The notes beneath the pieces are model-generated. The model ran no database searches and was not told where the DNA came from. It saw only the letters and a list, made by a program, of their open reading frames with translations. From positions 6,792 to 70,791 of the forward strand of contig DATHWC010000062.1 of assembly GCA_035460985.1 (NCBI GenBank): a stretch of 64,000 nucleotides of DNA, in the 5' to 3' direction. A program made the translations under genes and the position numbers. Positions 1-10,387 of this stretch are shown in pieces (position 1 is the first letter of the stretch; every line of letters begins with the position of its first letter). This stretch comes from Lunatimonas sp. Lineage in GTDB: Bacteria > Bacteroidota > Bacteroidia > Cytophagales > Cyclobacteriaceae.

Positions 1-2063
1 GCCATAAATGAGGCCATGGAAAGTATTTTTGTTAATTTTAGATCCGATGTATAGAAAGATTCCAGTTCCCGGTCAAAAAAGCGGAATCCTTCTGTTTCCA
101 AAGGGAAGTAGGTCCTTAGTACTGCATCAAGTTCCGACTTTGCGAGGGTCAAGTCCTTCCCCTGACCTATTTTTACATTTAGGGTGGTGGAGTTAGTTGG
201 CCTATAGTGGTAGATCATGGGGAGTATAGACTCTCGAAGCGTGCGGGTATGAACGTTGGGGACTACACCTGCCACTTCATATTCCTCTTCACCATAAATT
301 AATGTACCTCCAACAATGTCAGCCTTTTGGATAATGGACAGTTGTTGGTAGAGTGTTTCATTGATCAGAAGCTGTTTAGAATCCGGACTAAGGTTTTGCC
401 CTTGAATTATTCCTACACCAAATACATCCATAAAATTTTCATCTATAACCTTTACCTGAACAGAAAGTTGCGGTTTATCCGATAAAGCTGGGACTTCTAC
501 TATCGAGGTCCAAATCCCAGAGGAAGCCAACATGTCACTAGCGAAACTAGACTGTTGGACGAAGTATTGCTGGTTTATTGCGGTTTGCAAACTACGCTTT
601 CCCTCTGGAGTCACCGAAGAATACGGTAGTCTAACATAGAGTATTTGTTCCTTATCAAACCCCAATTCCTTATTTGTCAAAAAATCTACCTGACTGGAAA
701 CAGTCATTACAGCAACTACAAACGCAATAGAAAATGCAAATTGTACAACCGTGAGGTTACGTTGAATGAAATATCCAAATGAAAAACCCTGTGGCACCTT
801 CAAGTCTCTACTCAACGTTTTTTTAGGTGAATAAGCTGATAACAGCAGGGCGGGAAATATGCCGGAGAAAATAGTCAATATTAAAAATAAACCAGTTACG
901 AACATCAAACTCTCCCAGCTGCTGTAATTAATAAGCATATCCGATGGAAGAAAATCATGAAAATAAACCGTTAAAAATTCGCATCCCACAATTCCGACCA
1001 CTATAGCAAATACTACCAACAAACCTGTTTCAATAATCGATTGAAAAATCAACTGGGTTCTGCTACTTCCAAGAGTCTTTCTGATCCCCACTTCCTTGGC
1101 CCGTAGGATCGACTGAGCAGTTTCTAAATTGATAAAATTCAAACTTGCAAGTAGAAGTATTATTCCGCCGATCACCATCAACCCATATAGTACGACCTGA
1201 CTTGCTCCAGGTCTGTCAAAATTCTGGTTGAAGTGAAGCTCTGATAACGGCAAAAGGGAAAATTGGGTGGCTATTCCTTCCTCCGATGCTAAATATTTAT
1301 CTGTTAACCGTTCAAAATCCGGTGTTAAATCTTTTGGAGTTTTGCCTTCTGAAAGTTTCAAAAAAAGCTGTGAAGAGGTGTTTACATTATCCCACTGTTC
1401 TACATTATAAAAGTCTATATTCCTTTTTTGGTATAAATTACCTATTGACAGAAAATCAGTGAACACGAAGTCTGATTTTTCTTCAAAGTCTGCTACAACT
1501 CCAGCGACCTGTACGGTAAGTGTATCCAAAAAGAAATACTCCAAAAATTTACCAATGATTTGATTGGGGGATTGCACCGGAAAGTATTTCTTGGCCGCCG
1601 ACTCCGTCAAGACTACCTGATCTAAGTCCCGAAGCGAAGTTTTGGGATTTCCTGCCAACCAGTCACGTTGGAATATTTCCAACAAAGAAGGATCCGCATA
1701 AGTAACCTGCTGATGATTGGGATACCAGATGCCGGTTTCAGGATTGCGCACATTCACATCCCACAATGTATAAAAAAAGGTTTTTTGTTCAATCCCTGAA
1801 ACTTCATCTTCAATTACCTGTGCCAACGGAACAGGCACGCCGCCATTGGTTACGGCTTCTCCGAGAAAGCCAGTCGTCGTATTGACCTGATAAATCCGTT
1901 CTGAAGCCTCATGAAATTTGTCGAAGGAGTGTTCGTAATAAACGACATGAAACACAAGGGTGCAAACCGCTACTCCAAGTGCAAGCCCGAACACATGGAC
2001 AAAAGTCCTGAGGGGATTCCTCTTGATATTTCTAAACGCAATAAGTAGGTAATTTTTCAGCAT
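1..2063 (-). CDS. MacB/FtsX-family ABC transporter permease (partial; 3' end lies beyond the left window edge)
   Basis: Absent from the ORF track. Manual translation from ATG at 2063 gives MLKNYLLIAFRNIKRNPLRTFVHVFGLALGVAV..., the typical N-terminus of Bacteroidota MacB-like permeases. The same frame is still open at the window edge (...SFYTSDLKLTKILSMASFM). I did not check every internal codon. Confidence 0.85.
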   Translation of the reverse strand, partial: MLKNYLLIAFRNIKRNPLRTFVHVFGLALGVAVCTLVFHVVYYEHSFDKFHEASERIYQVNTTTGFLGEAVTNGGVPVPLAQVIEDEVSGIEQKTFFYTLWDVNVRNPETGIWYPNHQQVTYADPSLLEIFQRDWLAGNPKTSLRDLDQVVLTESAAKKYFPVQSPNQIIGKFLEYFFLDTLTVQVAGVVADFEEKSDFVFTDFLSIGNLYQKRNIDFYNVEQWDNVNTSSQLFLKLSEGKTPKDLTPDFERLTDKYLASEEGIATQFSLLPLSELHFNQNFDRPGASQVVLYGLMVIGGIILLLASLNFINLETAQSILRAKEVGIRKTLGSSRTQLIFQSIIETGLLVVFAIVVGIVGCEFLTVYFHDFLPSDMLINYSSWESLMFVTGLFLILTIFSGIFPALLLSAYSPKKTLSRDLKVPQGFSFGYFIQRNLTVVQFAFSIAFVVAVMTVSSQVDFLTNKELGFDKEQILYVRLPYSSVTPEGKRSLQTAINQQYFVQQSSFASDMLASSGIWTSIVEVPALSDKPQLSVQVKVIDENFMDVFGVGIIQGQNLSPDSKQLLINETLYQQLSIIQKADIVGGTLIYGEEEYEVAGVVPNVHTRTLRESILPMIYHYRPTNSTTLNVKIGQGKDLTLAKSELDAVLRTYFPLETEGFRFFDRELESFYTSDLKLTKILSMASFM

Positions 2064-2094
2064 GGCAACCTTCCTTAGCTATTTAGGAATAAGC

Positions 2095-2195
2095 TACTAT
2101 CTGCATGCCATAAAAAACCGTCTAAATGGCTATATAAATCAACTTTAACTAAAAATCACGCACCAACCCCGAACACTTTTGACCGTTTTCGGACG
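2095..2195 (-). promoter_or_regulatory. Putative sigma54 -24/-12 promoter with upstream enhancer-like palindrome
   Basis: Minus-strand TGGCATG-CAGA-TAGT (2110-2096) versus consensus TGGCACG-N4-TTGC. Imperfect palindrome TGACCG-N4-CGGACG at 2180-2195. Confidence 0.35.
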
Positions 2196-2299
2196 ATCAT
2201 TAGATCGGATTCTAATTCAATTAAAAAATCATTTTGGCACCAGTATGAAAAACGCTTAGACATAAACATAATTACTTGCGTAGACAATAAGCTCCAAGT

Positions 2300-3178
2300 T
2301 TAGCCAAAAAGATCAGAACTCAAATATCGGTCTCCCCGATCACAGGCAATGCAGACAATTATCCCTTCGTCTAATGTTTTTGAGAGTTCTATGGCAGCAT
2401 GCAGTGCTCCTCCACTACTCATGCCTGCCAAGATACCCTCCTCTCTTGCCATTCGGCGGGTCATTTCCGTGGCTTGCTTTTCGCTGACATCGATAACCTG
2501 ATCAACTCTATCTGCTTCAAAAATTTCGGGCAAAAATTCCGGAGACCAGCGTCGGATACCGGGAATGCTCGAACCATCGGTGGGTTGGGTACCTACTATC
2601 TGAATAGCGGGGTTTTTCTCCTTGAGATATCTGGAAACACCCATGATCGTTCCCGTCGTACCCATGGCGGAGACAAAATGGGTCACTTTACCCTGTGTAT
2701 CCCTATAAATTTCAGGTCCGGTGGTTTGGTAATGTGCCCAGAAATTGTCCGGATTGGAAAACTGGTTTAGCATGAAATAGCCTTCATTCGCTGCCATTTC
2801 CTCTGCCAAGGTTCTTGAGTATTCGATGGTTTTCTCAGCAGGAGTCAAAATAACACGGGCACCATACGCTTCCATCGATATGACCCTTTCCTTCGTAGAG
2901 TTATCCGGCATAATCAACGTCATTTCCACTCCTAGGGTACAGGCAACCATGGCCAAGGCAATGCCAGTATTTCCGCTGGTAGCTTCCACGAGCTTTGAGC
3001 CCTGTTTTATATCTCCCCTATCCATCGCAGATCGAATCATATTGTACGCAGCCCGGTCCTTGACAGATCCACCGGGATTTTGACCTTCCAACTTACAAAA
3101 CATCCGCACGTTCGGATTATTGGATATATGCTGCAACGCAATCAAGGGGGTATTCCCTATCAATTCAAATAACTTCAT
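2300..3178 (-). CDS. cysM: Cysteine synthase B (O-acetylserine sulfhydrylase CysM)
   Basis: IGNTPL, KLEGQNPGGSVKDR (PLP lysine), EATSGNTG and GTTGT motifs; 292 aa; CDRGDRYLS tail of the CysM type. Confidence 0.9.
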   Translation of the reverse strand: MKLFELIGNTPLIALQHISNNPNVRMFCKLEGQNPGGSVKDRAAYNMIRSAMDRGDIKQGSKLVEATSGNTGIALAMVACTLGVEMTLIMPDNSTKERVISMEAYGARVILTPAEKTIEYSRTLAEEMAANEGYFMLNQFSNPDNFWAHYQTTGPEIYRDTQGKVTHFVSAMGTTGTIMGVSRYLKEKNPAIQIVGTQPTDGSSIPGIRRWSPEFLPEIFEADRVDQVIDVSEKQATEMTRRMAREEGILAGMSSGGALHAAIELSKTLDEGIIVCIACDRGDRYLSSDLFG

Positions 3179-3221
3179 AATTGGTATGGTTCTTAGCTAA
3201 AAAAAGAGGGCGTGACCTTTT

Positions 3222-4055
3222 TCAAGCTTCGTTTTTCAACACGTAAAAATCCGTCAGGTTGGAAGATCCGTCGTAGATTTTTGTTTGGTAATAAATCTTG
3301 CTGTTAGCGGGAATACTCTTGGTTAGCCACACATTACCTCCGACTACACTATCTTTACCTATTACGGTATTCCCTCCGAGGATCGTAGCACCTGCATAGA
3401 TGACAACATTATCTTCAATGGTCGGATGGCGCTTTTTATCGGCATCCTCCTTTTTCACACTTAGCGCTCCCAAGGTGACTCCCTGATAGATTTTTACATT
3501 ATCTCCCACCTCGGTAGTTTCTCCGATTACAATACCGGTGGCATGATCAATACAGAAAAATCGGCCAATGTTCGCTCCGGGGTGAATATCTACGCCAGTT
3601 TTGCTGTGGGCATATTCAGTAATCATGCGCGGAATCAACGAAACACCCATGGTATATAACTGGTGTGCGATGCGATAGGCACATACGGCATAGAATCCCG
3701 GATAGCACCGAACAATTTCTGTCTTGGATTTGGCAGCAGGATCACCGGCATACATGGCATCCAAATCTTCGAGCAACAATTGATAAATATACCCCAAAGA
3801 GGAAAAAAACTTTTCCGCCAGCTTTTCACCATCACCGGTTATGAGGGTGGGGTTTTTGGTCAAAATACCCTTTAACTGAACCAAAAGATCAAAGTACTTC
3901 ATCTCCAAGTTTCCCCGCTCTTTAAGCGGTTCATTGGCATGCTCTGGAAACAAGACTCCCAACAATTCCTCAAAAAACCGCTTGATTACTTTTGGGGATG
4001 GGCATTCCGGGCATTTGTTATGGGCGGCATGTAACTGATCAATTAATGAGTCCAT
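3222..4055 (-). CDS. cysE: Serine O-acetyltransferase (CysE/EpsC type)
   Basis: GDPAA, GVDIHPGA, IDHATGIVIGET and KRHPTI hexapeptide-repeat motifs; directly upstream of cysM. Confidence 0.9.
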   Translation of the reverse strand: MDSLIDQLHAAHNKCPECPSPKVIKRFFEELLGVLFPEHANEPLKERGNLEMKYFDLLVQLKGILTKNPTLITGDGEKLAEKFFSSLGYIYQLLLEDLDAMYAGDPAAKSKTEIVRCYPGFYAVCAYRIAHQLYTMGVSLIPRMITEYAHSKTGVDIHPGANIGRFFCIDHATGIVIGETTEVGDNVKIYQGVTLGALSVKKEDADKKRHPTIEDNVVIYAGATILGGNTVIGKDSVVGGNVWLTKSIPANSKIYYQTKIYDGSSNLTDFYVLKNEA

Positions 4056-4079
4056 GGGAATAGTCAGCAGGATGTGGAT

Positions 4080-4658
4080 TTAATATATGAAACCCACCCG
4101 GATTACATATGGTTCATTATAGGGTGATCTTCTGTTGTCGTAAGTGAGGTTATATAATACGGAAATATTCATGCCCCCTCTATTTCCAAATGGAGAGAAA
4201 TAGCCGCCTCCAACCATCAAACCGGGGACCCAATCCCTCGTAAAGACCACCTCATTGGTATTGGGGATGGGGTTGGCTACTTCCACATTCAAAGCCTCAT
4301 ACTCCGCATGGGCAAAAATTTTCGGAAAAACATGGTATCGGTTGAAAAGTCTACCTCCATAAATGTGGGCTTGGGCATTTTGGTAAAACCTGTTGTTGAA
4401 ATATTGGTAGGTTGCCCCCACTCCAGCCGAATATTTTTCTGTCAGCATTACCCCAGCCAACGGGGACACGTCCACAAAGGTAATCGTACCGAACTGAACG
4501 CTGAAATTGCCGCCATAATACATCCTCTCTTTAAGGGGGGGATTTTCTTCCGGGTAAAATTCCCGTTGTCCATAGCTCAGGGAAGTGGAAAATACTAGGA
4601 GTGTTAAAACCAAGGCACCCGCCTCAAAAGTCTTAATTTTATTTTTCAATGATAACAT
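4080..4658 (-). CDS. Hypothetical small outer-membrane beta-barrel protein
   Basis: Signal peptide, alternating Gly/aromatic beta-strands and C-terminal aromatic residue (RVGFIY). Confidence 0.65.
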   Translation of the reverse strand: MLSLKNKIKTFEAGALVLTLLVFSTSLSYGQREFYPEENPPLKERMYYGGNFSVQFGTITFVDVSPLAGVMLTEKYSAGVGATYQYFNNRFYQNAQAHIYGGRLFNRYHVFPKIFAHAEYEALNVEVANPIPNTNEVVFTRDWVPGLMVGGGYFSPFGNRGGMNISVLYNLTYDNRRSPYNEPYVIRVGFIY

Positions 4659-4926
4659 AAAGGTCTTCCGTTTTTCTTTTCATCAAATACCTTTCACGGG
4701 CAAACTTCTCCAAAAGATCGTAATTGCTCATCAATTCTTCCCGCTCAGCATTCACTTTTTCCTTCCTCTCTTGGTAAAATTCCTTCTGCTTTTCCAAATC
4801 ACGAAGCTTTGCCCGCAGTTTAAAATGACTTACGATATCGTTGGAGTCAATAAAAACCATCCACCCGATGAATAAAACGGTAAAAACGAAGTAGAAGTTT
4901 TTGGTGTATTTAAGGTATTTGCCCAT
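4639..4926 (-). CDS. ftsB: FtsB/DivIC-family septum formation initiator
   Basis: One N-terminal TM helix, a coiled coil and an EKFARERYLMKR motif; close to eno. Confidence 0.7.
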   Translation of the reverse strand: MGKYLKYTKNFYFVFTVLFIGWMVFIDSNDIVSHFKLRAKLRDLEKQKEFYQERKEKVNAEREELMSNYDLLEKFARERYLMKRKTEDLYVIIEK

Positions 4927-4946
4927 CGTCTTCCTATATGTTTACA

Positions 4947-4954
4947 CAAATATA
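4947..4954 (-). promoter_or_regulatory. Bacteroidota sigma-A -7 element upstream of ftsB
   Basis: TATATTTG on the minus strand matches TAnnTTTG, 20 bp upstream of the start codon. Confidence 0.5.
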
Positions 4955-5039
4955 TGCAATCAAAGTAATCTAAAAGGTAAATTGAGAGAATAATATCATC
5001 AATTCCCACTACGCATGCGTGATAGCCAGAGATATGGAT

Positions 5040-6251
5040 TTAGTATTTTTCTTCCAATGGATAGTCCATAGGAAGCGAATCGGCCATCTTTTGCCATGCC
5101 CAATATCCGTATAAGTGAAGGTGAAGGGGGTTCGATTCTTGTCCTGATGGATAAATGGTAATGGGTGATACTAACCGAATATTTGAAACCGGACGGTCAG
5201 AATTGGGGCGGTAGCCCCGTTGAAAGCTTTGTACATATTCCCTAGGAAGTTTTGCTTTGGTATATGTTATTTGGAGATAATTTTCAAAATCCAGTTCTAT
5301 CGCCCCATCCACCTCACGGCTATATGCATCAGGAGGCAACAGCCCGTTTCCAATTTTCTCAATTGTTTTGGGCAGCGTCTCCTTCTCGACCACTGCGGTA
5401 AGGGAATCTCTAAACAAACTATAAGAGAGGTCCTGTATCTCCTCTAGGCGTTTTTTCGCCTCCCCGATAATTTGATCATCGGGTCTGTCTGGATTTGGAA
5501 TGTTCTCCATACTCCTCACTTCAAAGCCTTCTTCACTTAGCTTTCCATCCCGGAGAGCTCTCTTAAAGTGCATCCACGATCCTAAGTAAGCCCTTTCCCT
5601 TGCTTTAGCCCACCGATTAATTTTGAGTCTACCACCATCCAGTTCGCTATATGTGGGATATCCCATAAAGTGAACGAGTGCCTCTTCCACATTATATTCA
5701 AAAGATGACAGCAAGTATCTAATCCGAAGTCCTAACCCGTGATTCTCAATTTCCAAAAAATCCACGCTTTTTGCTTTAAGCGAATTTTCCTGTCCGTCTA
5801 TAACGAGCACCTCCGGGTTTAGTATTTCACTGCGTATGCCATTCTCACTGTTTCCAAGGAAATGATATTGAAAAATTCTCAAATTCTCGTACCACTCGCT
5901 GCTTCTTACCGCATTTACTTCCAATTCTTTCAATTCAACAACATACGGAGCAAGCTCAAATAGATATCTCGGTGATTTGGTAGAAAACTCAGCTTGATAA
6001 ACCAGTCGGTCATACCCCACCATAGAAACAACGATTTCATGAAAACCTTCATTGACCTTAAGTTCAAATTGACCATTTTCATCTGATACGGTACCCTGCA
6101 TGGAGTTGTTGATAAAAATTGAAGCAAAGGGAAGCACCTCTTTGGTAGAACCGTCAACAATTCTCCCTGAAATGGATATTTGTTGGGCCGTGCCTAAAAA
6201 TCCTAAAAACAACAAATAAACAAAAAAGGCTAGGCTTAATAACTGTTTCAA
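5040..6251 (-). CDS. Secreted protein with N-terminal carboxypeptidase-regulatory-like domain; C-terminal part of unknown function
   Basis: Signal peptide followed by ISGRIVDGSTKEVLPFASI...GTVSDENGQFEL...VSMVGY (CarboxypepD_reg-like pattern); TTG start. Confidence 0.75.
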   Translation of the reverse strand: MKQLLSLAFFVYLLFLGFLGTAQQISISGRIVDGSTKEVLPFASIFINNSMQGTVSDENGQFELKVNEGFHEIVVSMVGYDRLVYQAEFSTKSPRYLFELAPYVVELKELEVNAVRSSEWYENLRIFQYHFLGNSENGIRSEILNPEVLVIDGQENSLKAKSVDFLEIENHGLGLRIRYLLSSFEYNVEEALVHFMGYPTYSELDGGRLKINRWAKARERAYLGSWMHFKRALRDGKLSEEGFEVRSMENIPNPDRPDDQIIGEAKKRLEEIQDLSYSLFRDSLTAVVEKETLPKTIEKIGNGLLPPDAYSREVDGAIELDFENYLQITYTKAKLPREYVQSFQRGYRPNSDRPVSNIRLVSPITIYPSGQESNPLHLHLYGYWAWQKMADSLPMDYPLEEKY

Positions 6252-7140
6252 AACGTTCTAATGGATTTGCTTTCAGAAACAATACGAATTTTAAAAATAA
6301 TGGTTCAAGCGGAATTTACCCGGGAGACAGATGGCATTCTATGCAGTACGCTTCAATATTTCTTCAACTATTTAAAAACAGGTCTTTTTTTAATAGGAGT
6401 TGGTGGATAAATCCAATATAATAAAGCTGCCAATTATGACTTCTTTCCAATAATAGACCTGATTTAACCCCTTAATTGAACGGTCTTATTATAAAGAGCA
6501 TCTAGATTCCTAATTAGGTTCCGCCTTGCAGATTTTGCCGTTAAGAAATTCGGGCGGTGCGGTGGCAAAGGCAGAGGCATGTTTGACGAGGGGTTTAGTT
6601 GAAATCTATTGTTTTTCGAAGGCATGTGTAAACCCCGAGGAGTTGGCCTATGCGCGGGATGTGCACGGATTTTAGCCAAAAGATGCATAGCGGCGGGGTT
6701 TTTTGGTTAGTTTTTTGACCTGCAGCAAAAAAGTAACAATGTATGATGATGTCATAAATGCTTTTGACCCCCGCAAAAGATGCTTGAAAATAAAAAGAGA
6801 ACTCAAAATAAAGACAAATTGAACAACCAGAATTGACTTTAATTTTGGAGGATTGCGAGGATTCTTCGTGCGAAAGGATGCATCATTATAGCAATTAAGT
6901 ATCGAGGAAGTGCTTAATTCTATATTTTTAAGCTAAATTTTACATGAATTTCCTTTCGTTGTATTCTTTCTAAAAATTAGGTGACCAATTTGTAATATGA
7001 TTACATAGCAAAATTGAAGCGAATAAAATGAAACGAACACTTTTAGAATCAGGTGGGTAATGGGGCATGCGTTGAGCTATTTTCGGATCATTTAGTGGAT
7101 TAAAGGACCAAACAAAATCCTAGATAAAACGAGAATATTG

Positions 7141-7174
7141 AAAAAGCCCTTCTGAAAAATAGATTCAGAAGGGC
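7141..7174 (-). terminator. Intrinsic terminator after eno
   Basis: 11-bp stem GCCCTTCTGAA/TTCAGAAGGGC with a 7-nt loop and a minus-strand U-tract. Confidence 0.85.
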
Positions 7175-7247
7175 CTAAAATTATATGATCCTATGTTGGC
7201 TGAAATTCCTTAAATGGAATAAACAACAAACGTAATTCTAGTTTGAA

Positions 7248-8537
<1,290 letters not shown>

Positions 8538-8544
8538 TTATGAT

Positions 8545-9636
8545 TTAGTTCTGAATTAATTGAATGAATTGGTCAAATAAATACCTGGAATCGTGTGGTC
8601 CGGGGCTTGACTCAGGATGGTATTGTACGGAAAAAGCAGGTTTATTTTTAAGTTTTATTCCGGCTACCGTGCCGTCATTTAGGTGAATATGAGTAATCTC
8701 AACCTCTTCACTTTTTTCAATGTCTTCCTTGGTTACTGAGAAGCCATGGTTTTGAGAGGTAATTTCACTTTTACCTGAAAGTAGGTTTTTGATGGGGTGA
8801 TTTAGGCCACGGTGACCATGGTGCATTTTGTAAGTGGAAATATTACATGCCCTAGCTAAAAGCTGGTGGCCAAGGCAAATACCGAACAGCGGTTTATTGA
8901 GTTCCAGAATTTCCTTTATCGTGCCAACCGCGTAATCCATGACGGCCGGATCTCCCGGGCCGTTCGATAAAAAATATGCATCCGGATTCCAAGCTTCCAT
9001 TTCTGACAATGACGTTTTTGCGGGAAAAACTTTGCAATAAATTCCTCGTTCGGAAAGACACCTTAGGATGTTTTTCTTAATCCCATAATCCACACATGCC
9101 ACTTTTATGGGCGCATTTTCATCGCCAAAGAAATAGCTTTCTTTTGTAGATACCTGGGAGGAAAGTTCCAGTCCATTCATATCGGGGACTTTATCGAGTT
9201 CGCTTTGAAGCTCGTCGATCGAATCTATGGTTGAACTGATAACGGCATTCATGGCGCCTTTGGAACGGATATGCCTAACCAACATTCGGGTATCTATGTC
9301 AGCGATTCCTGTCACTCCATGTTCTTCCAAATAACTTTGCAGGGATTGCTTGGAATCCAATCTGCTATAAACTTCGGAGAAGTCGTTGACCACGATACCT
9401 GAAATTAGTGGATGGCTTGATTCGGATTCATCTTCTACCACGCCGTAATTACCAATATGGGGAGTGGTGTTGACGATGATTTGACCTGTGTATGAGGGAT
9501 CGGTGTAAATCTCCTGGTATCCCGTCATCCCGGTGTTAAAACATATTTCACCGCCGTTGGTACCGTCTTTGCCTACAAGCGTACCGTGAAACACGGTACC
9601 ATCCGCCAAGAGAAGGGTTGCTTTTTTTCTATTCAT
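8545..9636 (-). CDS. carA: Carbamoyl-phosphate synthase small subunit
   Basis: FNTGMTGYQE, SNGPGDP, GICLGHQ and QYHPE motifs. Confidence 0.98.
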   Translation of the reverse strand: MNRKKATLLLADGTVFHGTLVGKDGTNGGEICFNTGMTGYQEIYTDPSYTGQIIVNTTPHIGNYGVVEDESESSHPLISGIVVNDFSEVYSRLDSKQSLQSYLEEHGVTGIADIDTRMLVRHIRSKGAMNAVISSTIDSIDELQSELDKVPDMNGLELSSQVSTKESYFFGDENAPIKVACVDYGIKKNILRCLSERGIYCKVFPAKTSLSEMEAWNPDAYFLSNGPGDPAVMDYAVGTIKEILELNKPLFGICLGHQLLARACNISTYKMHHGHRGLNHPIKNLLSGKSEITSQNHGFSVTKEDIEKSEEVEITHIHLNDGTVAGIKLKNKPAFSVQYHPESSPGPHDSRYLFDQFIQLIQN

Positions 9637-9653
9637 AGTGAAACTTGAATGAG

Positions 9654-9661
9654 CAAATTTA
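9654..9661 (-). promoter_or_regulatory. Sigma-A -7 element for carA-eno
   Basis: TAAATTTG on the minus strand, between the rplQ terminator and the carA ATG. Confidence 0.55.
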
Positions 9662-9704
9662 AGAATTTTATCAGTAAGAGATCGAAAATTTTTGGAAAGG
9701 ATAC

Positions 9705-9735
9705 AAAAAAGGGATTGAACCTACGTCCAATCCCT
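9705..9735 (-). terminator. Intrinsic terminator of the alpha operon
   Basis: Minus strand AGGGATTGGAC-GTAG-GTTCAATCCCT followed by a T-tract. Confidence 0.8.
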
Positions 9736-9766
9736 CAAATTCTATGGATGAATCCGTCAGCATCAA

Positions 9767-10381
9767 TTATTCGGCTTTCTTTTCATCTTTTGCATCTGTC
9801 TGATCTTCCCCTTCAGCGGAAGGCTGATCAGTTTTGGAAGTCTCCTCTTTAGGAGCTTCTACCTCTTCAGCGGAAGGCTTAGCGGCTTTAGATGCCTTAT
9901 CAGTCGGTTCTTCCACTACTTCAGCAGTGGGTGTTGCATCAGTGGAAGCGGCAGCTCCTGCACCTCTTCTACTTCTTCTTCTAGTTGATTTTTTAGCCGG
10001 TTTGGCATCTTTAAGCATCAACTCGTTGTAGTCTACCAGTTCGATGATACTCATTTCGGCATTATCTCCCAGTCTAAAACCAGTTTTAATGATCCTTGTG
10101 TATCCTCCCGGTCTGCTGCCTACTTTTTCTACCACTTCTCCAAAAAGGATTTTGATGGCATCTTTGTTCTGTAGGTAAGAGAATACTACCCTTCTATTGT
10201 GTGTAGTATCTTCTTTAGCTCTAGTAATAAAGGGCTCAACGTATTTTCTCAGTTCCTTAGCTTTGGCCACTGTCGTGGAAATCCGCTTATGAAGGAACAG
10301 CGAACAAGCCATATTGGAAAGCATAGCTTTTCTGTGGGGCGCCGTCCTTCCAAGGTGGTTAAATTTCTTGCCGTGTCTCAT
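9767..10381 (-). CDS. rplQ: 50S ribosomal protein L17 with long low-complexity C-terminal extension
   Basis: [13 protein letters not shown]...[10 protein letters not shown]; follows rpoA. Confidence 0.98.
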   Translation of the reverse strand: MRHGKKFNHLGRTAPHRKAMLSNMACSLFLHKRISTTVAKAKELRKYVEPFITRAKEDTTHNRRVVFSYLQNKDAIKILFGEVVEKVGSRPGGYTRIIKTGFRLGDNAEMSIIELVDYNELMLKDAKPAKKSTRRRSRRGAGAAASTDATPTAEVVEEPTDKASKAAKPSAEEVEAPKEETSKTDQPSAEGEDQTDAKDEKKAE

Positions 10382-10387
10382 TTTATT

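Noticed and set aside
2069-2077. Shine-Dalgarno-like AAGGAAGG before the ABC permease ATG
   Set aside because: Bacteroidota largely do not use SD pairing, and one purine-rich stretch is not evidence of function.
5011-5020. Perfect palindrome ACGCATGCGT upstream of ftsB
   Set aside because: A single 10-bp palindrome is within chance expectation for 64 kb and has no supporting context.
6464-6688. 74-aa Pro/Arg/His-rich ORF in the long intergenic region
   Set aside because: Its composition is unlike the real proteins here and it has no domain signal; it is best explained by the local GC-rich patch.
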